The notes under the pieces were generated by a model that was not told where the DNA came from, made no database searches, and saw nothing but the letters and a program-made list of their open reading frames with translations. The translations under genes were made by a program, and so were the position numbers. Positions 11,625 to 23,599 of a stretch of DNA of 64,000 nucleotides are shown here, in pieces; the stretch's first letter is position 1, and every line of letters starts with the position of its first letter. Source of the stretch: Chiloscyllium plagiosum (lineage: Eukaryota); contig NC_057718.1 of the NCBI RefSeq assembly GCF_004010195.1, forward strand, positions 18,868,588 to 18,932,587, read 5' to 3'.

Positions 11625-12220
11625 GATCAAGACTGATCTGTTGCCTAATTCCATATACCTGCCTTTGGGTCATATTCCTAATACTTTTGCTTCACAAGCA
11701 TTTGTCTATTTCAGATTTAGAATTAATGACTGACATAGCATCAACTACCATTTCTGAAAGAGGGTTTCAAATATCTACCATCCATCATATGTAGAAGTGC
11801 TTCCTAACATCTCTCCTGAATGTGCTGGCCCTAACTTTTACCGTATCTCCCCTAGTTCTAGAATCTCCAACTAGTGGATACACTTTACCTTTATCTATCT
11901 TATCCTTTCATATTAGTATCTTGAAGACTTTGATCATAGCACCACTTAACTTTCTAAATTCTTGAGAAAACAAGCCTAATTTGTATAATCTCTCATCATA
12001 ACCCTTGAAGTACAGGTATCTTTTTTTAAACCTATGTTGTACTCCCTCCAAAGTCAATGTATCCCTCCTAAGGTGAGGTGCCCAGATCTGCTCACAACAT
12101 TCCAAGTAACTAGTGTTTTGGATAGTTGCAGCACAACCTCTGCATCTATATACTCCAATCACTCAGATATAAAGGTCAGCATTGTTGATTATTTTCTGTA
12201 CTGTTTGTGGCAATTTTAAC
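11625..12220 (-). mobile_element. CR1 3' fragment (near-copy of 13670-14180)
   Basis: Minus ORF YLECCEQIWAPHLRRDTLTLEGVQHRF. Confidence 0.8.
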
Positions 12221-12369
12221 TTTTAATAAGTGTCATCTGGCCTTTACTTGGCATATGATATTAATGGTTGCAAAAGATTCTGATTACTTCAAGTCATCGA
12301 CATAGTGTTAACAATTTGGAAAATCTGATCACCTTTTGAAATTTGCCTTTCACTCAGTTGACTTTGAAC

Positions 12370-12880
12370 CTCATTGATAAGTTTGAGTTTGCATATCTAT
12401 CCTTGTTGCCAGTGTTGTGGTATTGTAGCTTCTTGTTGGACACCTATGCATTGTTCTGGGGTCTGGCTTGGACTTTGGAACCAGATTCTCTGCACATATG
12501 CTCCTAAAGTCCCTCGGTGCCTCATGATCTATAGATATCACAAAAAAATTGGATAGCTTTCGTGTAGGTGCAACAAACTGCATCTGTTACAGATTTTGTT
12601 GGCTTGGTGCATTTTGCTGACCGCAGTAATAGTGTTGGCTGCACTTAAAGCATATAATTGTTATTGGCCTGCCAATATGGCTTCATACTTCTGTCCATCC
12701 TCAAGCTATATTTCAATGATATGCTGTTTTTCCTGCCAAAATAATCTTTCCAAAAGGCTTGTATTTCTACAGAGGCAGAGTCTAACTTAATGAGCCTCTC
12801 TGACAGTTCTTCAGAAGTTACACCTGCACTTTGCTGCAGCATCATTCTCAAACTAGCCAATAGACACATGGGGTTGTTGT
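12370..12880 (-). mobile_element. Possible ancient Gypsy gag remnant
   Basis: Minus strand LRMML...EELSERLIK...RSM followed by a decayed CP(x)n zinc-knuckle-like stretch; weak. Confidence 0.35.
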
Positions 12881-12984
12881 CTCTATGATATGAGTTGAAC
12901 ACTGTTAACCTTGAAATTAATTCCTAACTTGATACAGTCTAAGAAATTTCCATATTTTCTTCGAATCAGTCATGTTGGTAGAAG

Positions 12985-13600
12985 ACACTAATAGCAATGC
13001 AAAATTACAAATAGAGAAAATAAGGTTGAGAGTATATTTAATGAGGATATTCAAAACCATAAGAGGTCCAGACAGAGCAGATAGGGAAAAACTGTTCCTG
13101 GTGACGGAAGGATCATGGTAAGAGGGCATAAAGTTAAAGTAATTAGCAAATGGAGCAATGGTGACTTGCCAGAATGTTGTCGAGGATGGAGTGCTTTAGC
13201 TATGAAGAGAGGCCGGATAAGTTTGAGTTGTTTTCTTTGAAGCAGATAAGGTTGAGGGGCACATGATGCAGATGTATAAGATTATGAGGGGCAGAGAGTG
13301 GATAGGATGCAGCTGTTCCCCTTGATTGAAGGATTGATAACAATAACATTTTTAAGATGAAAGACAGGCAGTTTAGTGGAGAGTTGAGGAAAATGTTTTT
13401 CACCCAGAGTGTGTTATGAGTCTGGAATGGACTGTCTAGGAGTGTGGTAGAGTACAGTAAACTCACAACCTTTAAAAAGAACTTGGATAAGCACTTAAAA
13501 TCTTATAACATTCAAGATTATGTGCTAAGTGCAGGAAAGTAAAACTAATGTTACTTTAGCATAATTTTAGCTATACAGATTCAATGGTTCGAAGGGGTCA
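12985..13600 (+). mobile_element. Two adjacent CR1 3' fragments
   Basis: SYEERPDKFELFSLKQIRLRG-like and FTQSVL.VWNGL-like CR1 C-terminal motifs. Confidence 0.7.
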
Positions 13601-13604
13601 TCTG

Positions 13605-15960
13605 TAATAGAAAACTAGAACTGCAGAGTAGGCCATTCAGCCCTTCAAGCCTATTCTGACATTCAGTGAGATCATGCCTGATCTGTTGCCTAACTCCATA
13701 TACCTGTCTTTGGGTCATATTCCTTAATACTTTTGCTTCACAAGCATTTATCTCTTTCAGATTTAAAATTAACGACTGACATAGCATCAACTATCATTTC
13801 TGAAAGAGTGTTTCAAATATCTACCATCCATTATATGTAGAAGTGCTTCCTAACATCTCTCCTGAATGTGCTGGCCCTAACGTTATCTCCCCTAATTCTA
13901 GAATCTCCAACTAGTGGATACACTTTATCTTTATCTATCCTATCCTTTCATATTAGTATCTTGAAGACATTGATCATATCATCTCTTAACTTCCTAAGTT
14001 CTTGAGAAAACTGGCCTAATTTATATAATCTCTCATCATAACATAACCTCGAAGTACAGGTATCATTCTTGTATCATTCCAAGCAACTAGTGTTTTGGAT
14101 AGTTGCAGCATAACCTCTTCATTTATATACTTCTATCACCCAGATATAAAGGTCAGCATTCTTGATTATTTTCTGTACCTGTGTGTGGCATTTTAAACAT
14201 CTACACACATAATCCCTTAAATCCCCAATCTAAAAGGTAACTTGATCTATCCTTTATCAGTCCAAAATGGATAACCTTACAGCCACTGAAATCCATTTTT
14301 GCCCTTTCAATTAGTCTATTATTATCCCTTTAAAATTTTATTCTATCATCCACATTGTCGACAATGCCACCTAACTTCACGTCATTAGCAAATTTGCATA
14401 TATGTGTTTCTGTGCCATTGTCCAAGTTGTTAAAAGTAAAGTGAATAATTGAGGTCCTAACACAGATTCTTGTGGGACATCACTCGTTGCACCCTGCTAA
14501 TTTTTGTATCTACCCATTAACCCTACCTTCTTTCACTTGCCACTCAACCAATTGTCCAACAATGTCAGTAATTTGACCTCAATTCCATGGGTTTCTGTTC
14601 ACAATCTCTTAATTGGACTTTATCAAATGCCTTCTCAAAGTCCATATACATAACATCCATAGACAATCTTCTATCCACTACAATAGTCACCTCTTCAAAA
14701 ACATTCAATGAGGTTTGTCAGACAGGACCTACCTATTATAAATCCATCCTTAATTATAAACCCCAACAATTCCCCACCACAGATGTTAGGCTAACAGGTC
14801 TGTAGTTCCCTGATTTTCCTCTTTTGCCCTTTTTAAATAGCAGAGTGATGTGCAATTTTCCAAACAAGAGGGACGACACCTGAATCAAGGGAACTCTGAA
14901 AGATTATGGTTAGGGATTCTGCAATGTGTTTGCTACTTCCTTTAACACCATCAGATAGAAACCATCAGGTCCTGGATATATCACCTTTTTGTTCCATTAA
15001 CTTCTTCATCATTGATGTTTTATTTATGGCAATTTTATTCAATAGCTGGACCTGATCCACTATTGATTTCCTCAGGACTTCTGGTAAGCTCCTTTTCTAC
15101 TGTAAATACTGAAATATTCCCCACTTTCAGTCCTTAATGAACAATATTGAATTAATAACCACTCACTTTCCCTCTATAACATTTCTTCTTACTGATTTTG
15201 ATGTCATTTGCAAGTTTCTGTTTATAACTACTTTTAGCAGCTCGTATAAGCTGCTTCATGGTCCTTTGCTGGTCTTTATATAGTGCCACAGAGTCATAGG
15301 ATCATTCAACAGGAAACAGACCCTTCGGTTCAACTTGTCTGGGCCAACCAGATCTCACAGTCTGACCTAGTCCCATTTGCCAGCATTTGGTCTATATCTC
15401 TCTAAACTCTTTCTATTCATGTTTGTCCTTTCAGCAGGATTTGAGCTTTGTTTTTACATTTTTCTAAGTCTTTTCTTTTAGTTTTATGCTATCCCTTGTC
15501 TGTTTTGTTGTCCATGGCTATTTTTCCTGTAAATGGTGGCACGGTGGCTCAGTGGTTAGCACTGCTGTCTCACAGCGCCAGGGACCCAGGTTCAATTCCA
15601 GCCTTTGGTGACTGTCTGTGTGGAGTTTGCATATTCTCCCCATGTCTGCGTGGGTTTCCTCCGCGTGCTCCAGTTTCCCCCCACAGTCCAAAGATGTGCA
15701 GGACAGGTGAACTGGCCATTCTAAATTGCCAATAACATTAGGTGTTTTAGTCAGTGGGAAAAGAGTGTGGGTGGGTTTCTCTTCAGAGGGTCGGTGTGGA
15801 CTTGTTGGGCCTAAGGGCCTGTTTCCACACTGTAGGGAATCTAATCTAATCTTTCCATTCAAGAGGTGTAAATTGGTTCTGTATTGAGTTCAATTTTTCT
15901 TTAAACATCCTCCACTGTTCTTCAGCCTTTAACCCATGAGCAGTTATTCCAACTGTATGA
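13605..15960 (-). mobile_element. Old CR1 LINE (RT and 3' end) with nested insertions
   Basis: Reverse-complement motifs YMDFEKAFDKV (14617-14650), NYRPVSLTSV (14778-14808) and FANDVK (14375-14395). Confidence 0.75.
15533..15851 (+). mobile_element. HE1-type tRNA-derived V-SINE
   Basis: A box tggctcagtgg, B box ggttcaattcc, V-domain gtgtggagtttgca...gggtttcc, and (aatct)n tail. Confidence 0.9.
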
Positions 15961-16375
15961 TCACATACTGCACACTGCATACAATTCTGGTCACCCTGCA
16001 ATTGGAAGGATGTTATTAAACTGTAAAGGGTACAAAAAAGATTGACAAGGATGTTACTGAGACTGAAAGGTTTAAGTTATAAGGAAAGGCTGGATAGGCT
16101 GGGACCTTTTTACCTGGAGCCTTGGAGGATGTGGGGTGTCCTTGTAGAGAATTATAAAATCATGAACTGCATAGATAAAGTAAATAGTCAAGGTCTTTTT
16201 CCCAGAGTAAGAGAGTCTTAAACTAGAGGACATAGGTTTAAGGTGAAAGGGGAAAAATTTCAAAGGAACCTGAGGTGAAACTTCAGGGTGATCTGTAAAT
16301 GGAAGGATATAGTTGCCAGAGGAAGGATATAGTTGGGTACAGTTACAATATTTAAAAGACATTTGGACAGGTAAG
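15960..16375 (+). mobile_element. CR1 3' fragment
   Basis: CIQFWSP..KDVIKL..VQK..TRML..LKGLSYKERLDRLGPF motifs. Confidence 0.8.
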
Positions 16376-18370
16376 TATAGAAACAACTAGATAGAAGGAA
16401 ATCTCATGGAGTGTGTGTCATGTGAATATGCTCAAAAGGTATTTTGATAGGGAAGGACAGCAAAAGGAGAATGTGTTATTGGCAATAACACAGAATGAAG
16501 AACCAAGTTCAGATGATTCTGAATTGGACATCCATCAAATTCATTTAGACAGTGAAGAAGTTCTCAAACATTGGCACAAATTATTGAATTACCTTCTAGA
16601 GGAAAATTGAAATGACCTGAAAGAGTTATTACAATCATATGTGGAGACATGTAGCAATAATCTGGGAAGTACTAATCTAATTACACATGATGCAAATATA
16701 GCAAATCATGTTCCAATTAAGCAATATCCTTATAGACTTAACACTCTAAATTTGGCACCATTGGAAAGGAGCTTGAATGCATGCTCAAGGATAATATAAT
16801 TGAAGTGAGTTGCAGCAAATGGAGCTGACCCACAGTAATGGTGCCAAAGCCAGATGATACCTAACAATTATGTAGACTATCACAAAGTCAATGTGGTTAC
16901 CAAATCTGATTCATATCTTATTCCTCTCTCTTCCAGTTTGGTAGACTGCATTGAAAAGGTGGGACAAGCAACTTAAATTTCTAAGTTGGACTTACTCAGA
17001 GGCTACTGACAAGTACCTTTATCTGAAAGATCAAAGGAAATTTCAGCTTTTGTGATGCTTCATACCAGCATGAAGTTGTGTCATTTGATATGAAAAATGT
17101 GCCAGATATATTTCAAATCATTTTGGGATTACCCAATTGTGTGGTGTACATTGATGACCTGGTGATTTTTAGTCACACATCTAGCAGAATTGTTCATTCA
17201 ACTTTGGGAGATGGGCTTGGTGATAAACCTGGCAAAAAGTGAGTTTAAAAAAGGCCAAGTAATGTTCCTGGGTTATGTTATTGGACATAGCCAAATGGCC
17301 CCACGGAATGTGAAAACAAAGGTAATTGGGAAGTTTCCCATAATCTTGATGAAGAGGGAAGTACTACAATTCCAGGGATTCAGTATTTTTTATTGAAAGG
17401 TCATACCAAATTTTAGCAGTTTGGTTGCTCTACTGACTGACTTGCTGAAGAAGTGCAGAAAATTTCAGTGGATGGAGAAATGTCAGAAGGTGTTTGACAG
17501 GCTGAAAGCAGCCAAACCTGTTAGCCACACTTAATTACGCAAAATCATTCCAGGTGGCTATTGATGCAAATGATGTGGGTGCCAGTGCTGTACTCTTGCA
17601 AAAAGACAACAAGTGGATAGAAAGAACAATTGGGTATTTTTCCAAAAAATTGAGTACTCATCAATGGAAATATTCCACAATTGAGAAGGGGACCTTGAGC
17701 TTGGTGTCAGTGTTGCAACATTTCAACATTTATATTTCCAGTAATGTGTCTAAGACAATTGTATATATTGAGCATAACCCTAAAAGCTTTTGGAAAACTT
17801 TAAGGATAAAAATTCCAGACTGTTGAGATGGAGCTTAATATTGTAGCCATTCAATTTGAAAATTATACATATGGCAGGACGAGAGAAAGTAATTGCCAAT
17901 GTGGTTGTTGCCACTTTGATGAAGGAAGACGGAGGTGTTCAGTGGTAGGAAAAAAAGACTGAAATGGATTGTCATTTTGAATGTTTGCATGATTAGAGTC
18001 AATGTAATGTTTATGCATTGTCGTGTGAAGCTAAAGGTTTTTAAAATGAAGCTAACTTTGTATAGTGATGGGTTTTTTAAGAGGTGTATTTTGTCCTTTT
18101 TTTTATGAACAAAGGTTGACACACAGTTTTGAGCAGTCAGCTCAAAGCCATTAAAGTAAAAAGCTTGTGAAGCTTTTTTTTAAAGTTGGAACAATAGAAA
18201 CAGTCTGAATGGGTGTGGTCAAACTCCCACAGAACCAAGATTGTTAGTTTTAGCTTTCAGCAGTTGCTGTGTTCTTGAAGCTGGATGTGGAAGCTTTTAT
18301 TCCTCTCTCTGTTACAGGTAAAAGCTGGGGTTTTCTTCCTGCTGCTAGAATTGCATGGATACGGGAAAAG
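16376..18370 (+). mobile_element. Gypsy LTR retrotransposon remnant with Gmr1-like domain order (end of IN, RT, RNase H) and partial 3' LTR
   Basis: CHVNMLKRY (integrase C-terminus, 16413) precedes RT (PIKQYPY, SKLDLLRGY, VVYIDDLVIF at about 17141-17170) and RNase H (IDANDVGASAVLLQ..GYFSKKL..KYSTIEK). LTR-like sequence starts at about 18085. Confidence 0.8.
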
Positions 18371-18387
18371 GCATAAGTGGCACAAAA

Positions 18388-18680
18388 GGCACGGTGGCAC
18401 AGTGGTTAGCACTGCTGCCTCACAGCGCCAGAGACCCGGGTTCAGTTCCCGCCTCAGGCGACTGACTGTGTGGAGTTTGCACGTTCTCCCCGTGTCTGCG
18501 TGGGTTTCCTCTGGATGCTCCGGTTTCCTCCCACAGTCCAAAGATGTGCAGGTCAGGTGAATTGGCCATGCTAAATTGCCCGTAGAGTTAGCTAAGGGGT
18601 AAATGTAGGGGTATGGGTGGGTTGCGCTTCGGCGGGGCGAAGGGCCTGTTTCCATACTGTAAGTAATCTAATCTAATCTA
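18388..18680 (+). mobile_element. HE1-type V-SINE with TSD
   Basis: A and B boxes, V-domain and (aatct)n tail; TSD agtggcacaa at 18376-18385 and 18684-18693. Confidence 0.9.
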
Positions 18681-20317
18681 AAGAGTGGCACAAGGTGAAT
18701 TGAACTTTCATACAGCCAGCATAGAAATAATGGACAAAAAAGTCTCCTTTAGTGCTGTAACCATGCTGCCATTCTATGCTCTTATTCTGGACATATAAAT
18801 ACACCCACTCCACCATGCCAGCAATTCCTAGACTTCTGAAGCCCCTGAGTCCTTGAACCCCTGTGTCTACCATTGTAATACCTATGGCAAGGAATGCCCA
18901 ACTTTTAACAAACCAATAAAATGAGTTGGAAGCAAACCAGACACATGCTCATGAAGACTGACAATAAAAATTGCTTTGGAGTCAATCTGCACAGATTGGT
19001 GCATGGTTAATTGCTTCCAAACATTTCCCATCAGAAAATTGTTAGGGAATTAAAATCAACCACTTTCTACTATAATGGGAGGCAATGACATACAGTATTA
19101 TCACAATATTGTTAATCCTAAACACCCTGCTCTGAGGACATTGGTTTGAATCCCACCACAGCAGATGTTGAAACTTAAATTAAATTGATAATTATGCAAT
19201 TAAAAGCTATTTTAATGGTAACCATAAAAACCATCTGGTTCGCTAAAGTCCTTTAGAGGAGGAAATCTATTATCCCTATCTAGTCTGATCTACATGTGAC
19301 TCCAGATCCATTGTAATGTATTTGACTCTTAACTGTCCTCTGGGATGATCTCAAAATCCACTCAGTTCTTTCGGAACCATTACAAAACTTAAATAAAAAA
19401 GACTAAATCAGACACACTACCTGGTATTGATGTAGGCACTGAAAACAGTTATGACAAACCAGCACTGATGGTCTTGCATTATTCTCCTTACTTGCATTCA
19501 GGGTGTTGTGCTGAAATTAGGAGAGTTGTCTTACAGATTAGTAAAATCAATAGTTTTATATAGTCACAGAATCGTACCTTACAAGCAATAACCCAGACAC
19601 TACCATCATTGTCTGTGCTAGAGATGGTGGACAACGGTATACAGTTGGGAGGGAATTGCTATTCTGAGACTCCTCAACACTGCCCCCATTATTTTTCATG
19701 GTATCAGGTCACAAATGGCAAGGAATGGGCTAATTACCACATACCCATCTCCACCCCGGCCCCCCATCAGTGTTCCTCCATATCGAATAGCACTTGGAAG
19801 AAGCACTTAGGGCAGCAAGGGTACAGAATGTATTATATATGAGCAAATCAATGTCTCACCAAGAGTGACTTTGTAGCACCACTATTGATCGAGCTGGCTG
19901 AGTCCTAAAACTGCTCAACTGTATCTACAGTGAGTGGTGAGGAAACTGAAAAAAAAAGAAAACATCTAACTGAGCTTGTCCTCACCAAATTATCTATTGC
20001 AAATTGGTCCACCCATGAGAGTATTAGTCGGAGTGACCACTGCACAGTTTTGGGGAGCTGAAGTACTGACTTTGGAGTGAAGATACTGTTCACCGTGTTA
20101 TGTGGCACAACTACTTTGTTAAATTGGACAGACATGAAACAGATCCAATAACTCAAGACTGGATATCCATGAGATGCTCTGGGCTACCAAAAGAAGCAGA
20201 ACTATATTCAAAATCTCACAACCCAGTATATCTTCTCCCTTTTTATTACCATTAAGCCAGGAGATCAACGTTGTTTCAATGAAGAGTTCGGGTGACTGCC
20301 AGAAGCAGCACCAGGTA

Positions 20318-20478
20318 CAGAGGAACCTTGATTATCCAGCATTTGATATCTGAATATCAAATTATCCGGCAAGATCACAAGGTCCCGATGCTTGGCCAAA
20401 CAATGTTATCCGGCATTCTATTACCCGGAATTCGATTAACGAATGAAATAATCCCCGCCCTTGATTAAGGTTTCTCTA
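20318..20478. mobile_element. Tigger/pogo-like (Tc1-mariner) MITE
   Basis: TA TSD at 20316-17 and 20479-80; imperfect TIR cagaggaaccttgatt / gattaaggtttctcta; internal attatccgg sub-repeats. Confidence 0.75.
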
Positions 20479-21562
20479 TATATTGAAAAGTGAGGTACTT
20501 ACCTGGTGAAGCAACAAAACAGCATTACTTTGGTGCTAAGTAGTGTAAGCAGCACATAATAGGACAATCCTAAGTGATCTCACAATCAACAGGTCAGATC
20601 TGAGCTCTGCAGTCCTGCTACATCCAGTTGTAGATAATTGAATAACTTGCTAAAGGAGGAGGGTGCACAAACATCCCCTTCCTCAATGATGGGAGGACCC
20701 AGCATATCACTGAAAAAGACAAAGATGAAGCATTTGCAAGCATATTCATCCAGAAGTGCCAAGTGATGGTCAATCTCAGTCTCTTCCCCCAACCTCACAG
20801 ATACCAGCCTTCAGCCATTTTGACTCCCTCCACATGATGTCAAGAAATAGATCAGCATACTGCAAAGCACATGTGCTCTGACATCATTCCAGCAATAGAA
20901 CTGAAGACCTGCACTCCAGAACTATCCTCAACCCTAGCCAAGCTGTTCCAATACAGTTTCACACTGACATCAACCTGACAATGTGAAAACCTCCAGGAGT
21001 ATCCTGTGTACAAGAAGCAGAACAACCCATCTGTCTATTCTCAATCATCAACAAAGCCATGGTTGGTTTCTTCAATAGTGTGATCATTCCTCAACAATAC
21101 CTGCTTGCTGATGATCTGCCAAGCCCATTCAGCTCCTGACCTCATTTTAACTTCGTTCCAAACATGGACAAGCAAGCTGAACTTAAGAGGTCAGGTGAGA
21201 GTGACTTCCCTCAGCATCAAGGCAGCTTTTGACCAAGTGTATTATCAAGAACTCCATTAAAACTGGAGTCAGTGGGAATCAAAGGGAAAGACTTTTGCTG
21301 GATTAAGTCATTTCTAGCTCAAAGGAAGATGCCTGTTGTTCTTGGACTTCATTATCTCAGCCATTGGATGTCACTGCAGCAGTTCCTTATTGAAGTGCCC
21401 AACAAACTGTTGGAAGTGCCCTTGGTCAAACATCTTCTTAAGCTGCTTCATCAATGATTTTCTCCCAATCATAATGTTAGAGTTGTGGATGTTTGACAAT
21501 TGCACAATTTTCAGCAACAGTTACAATTCCTCAGATAGTGAAGCAGTGTATGTCCAAATGCA

Positions 21563-21662
21563 TAGGTAAAAACCTGATGAAGGGCTTTTGCCCGAAACGC
21601 CGATTCTCCTCAGATGCTGCTTGAACTGCTGTGCTTTTCCAGCACCACTCTAATCTAGAATC
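21563..21662 (+). mobile_element. 100-bp PLE insert consisting essentially of a hammerhead motif and tail
   Basis: CTGATGA-A-GGGC(TTTT)GCCC-GAAA-C-GCC; 14-bp TSD tatgtccaaatgca at 21549-21562 and 21663-21676. Confidence 0.85.
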
Positions 21663-22222
21663 TATGTCCAAATGCAGGAAGCCCTGGATAGTAACAAGTT
21701 TGAATGGATGTGTTGATGATAACTTTTGCAACACACAAGTGCTAGGCAATGAACAATCCCCAACAAGAGAAAATCTAATCAGTACACCTTGACATTCAAT
21801 GGTATTACCATAGCTGAATCTCCTAATATCAACATTCTGCAGGTTACCATTGGTCAGATATTGAAATGAACAAGATATATAAATACTGTGGCTACAAGAG
21901 CAGGTCAAAGGCTAGGAATTCTGTGGGGAATAACTCTCTTGACTACTCAAAGCTTGTCCATTTTCAACATGGCAATTGCCTGGCGGCATGCAGCTCCAAC
22001 AACACTGAAGAGACCTCAACACTATTGAGAACAAAACAGCCTACTTGACTGGCACTCCATCTACCAGCTTCAACATTCACTCCATTCGCTAGGGCACAGT
22101 TATATCAGTGTATTCCTTTGACAGGATGCATTCAAACTACTTCCCAAGGTTCTTTAGACATCATCTACCAAACCCATGATCAATAATTCCAAGAAGAACA
22201 AGGGCAGCAGTTACATCAGAGT

Positions 22223-22855
22223 CGAGAGTGTGGTGCTGGAAAAACACAGGTCAGGCAGCATTGGAGGAGCAGGAGAATTGACGTTTCGAGCAAAAGGTCT
22301 TCATCAGGAATGAGGCTGTAAGTCGAGGTGGTGAGATAAATGGGAGGGGGGGTAGGGTGGGGCTGTGGGGAAGGTAGCTGAGGGTGCAATAGATTGATGG
22401 AGGTGTGGGTAATGGTGGTAGTTGGAGAAGAGGGTGGAGCAGATAAGTGGGAAGGAAAATGGACAGGTAGGACAGGTCATGAGGGCGGTGCTGAGTTGGA
22501 AGGTTGGAACTGGGATAAGATGGGGGAAGGGGAAATGAGGAAAGGTGAATTCCACATTGATGCTGTGGGGTTTGAGGGCCCCGAGGCGGAAGATGAGGCG
22601 TTCTTCCCCCAGGCGTTGGGTGGTTAGGGAGTGGTGATGGACGAGGCCCAGGACCTGCATATCCTTGGCGGAGTGGAAAGGGGAGTTGAAGTGGTCAGCC
22701 ACGGGGTGGTGGGGTTGGTTAGTACGGGTGTCCGGAGATGTTCTCTGAAGCACTCTACAAGTAGGTGTCCTGTCTCCCCAGTGTGGAGGAGACCGCATCG
22801 GGAGCAATGGATAGAGTAAATGACATGTGTGGAAGTGCAAGTAAAAGTGCAGGAC
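22223..22855 (-). mobile_element. 5'-truncated Neptune-like PLE: GIY-YIG endonuclease and pLTR with hammerhead motif
   Basis: Minus frames FTCTSTHVIYSIHCSRCGLLHTGETG..FREHLR and PVADHFNSPFHS..RLGEERLIFRLGALKPHSINVEF; hammerhead motif at about 22276-22311; TSD acatcagagt at 22213-22222 and 22856-22865. Confidence 0.9.
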
Positions 22856-22880
22856 ACATCAGAGTGACAGCACTGAGTGA

Positions 22881-23012
22881 TGATGATGAAGGGCTTTTGC
22901 CCGAAGTGTTGATTTTCCTGCTCCTTGGATGCTGCCTGACCTGCTGTGCTTTTCCAGCACCACTCTAATCCAGACTCGGGTTTCCAGCATCTGCAGTCCT
23001 CGTTTTTACCCG
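22881..23012 (+). mobile_element. Mini PLE terminus (family A)
   Basis: Degenerate hammerhead motif and full tail; TSD gcactgagtga at 22870-22880 and 23013-23023. Confidence 0.8.
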
Positions 23013-23599
23013 GCACTGAGTGAGTTAGCCTCTAAGGCACACACCATACTAAGTTAGAAATATAGCTTGCTTCCTTTATTTGCTGTGTCAAAAAGCTGGA
23101 ACTCCCTTCTCCCTGGAACAATTCTGCAGATATTCCTATAACACCTGCATGGCAGCAATTCGAAAGGTGGCTCCCTATTACCTTCTCAAGTGCAATTAGG
23201 GATGTACAATCAATTCTGGTTCAGCAAAGCCCACATTCCTGTTAATGAATAAAAGCAATTTATGAGGTGAGAAGACAATTTGGCTTGGTGCAGATATTAT
23301 TTCAAAATGTTGAATGACTCAGGTTGGATGGGACATCAAGAATAGAATGAAATGCTTGGAAATGATTTTGATGCAATTCCAGTTGAATGTTATTAGCGAT
23401 TCCAATGATTTTACCTGTGGCATCATTGATGAAGCAATTTCATATTGCAATGGAAAGTGCATACTGAGAATAAACATGAGCAATCATTCGTGAATATTGC
23501 CTGGTGAGTTTAATAGAGAAACTTCTATATCTACACCAGTTCTACTTATCCACTATTTCTCTTGATCATAACAAATCCCCTCTGTTTTTGGACTGCTGG

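Larger units (their letters stand above)
19078..23255 (+). mobile_element. Near-full-length degenerate single-ORF LINE (CR1/L2 group, clade unassigned) with tRNA-like 5' head; hosts four nested insertions
   Basis: EN motifs KLGELSYRLV (about 19515), ELVLT (19972) and SDH (20032); RT motif IKAAFDQV (21216-21240); 3' tail ...caattagggatg...atgaataaaa. Confidence 0.75.

Noticed and set aside
15533..15610. tRNA genes at SINE heads (also 18388, 45338, 50600, 57455)
   Set aside because: The A/B-box heads continue into SINE bodies and LINE-derived tails; these are not standalone tRNAs
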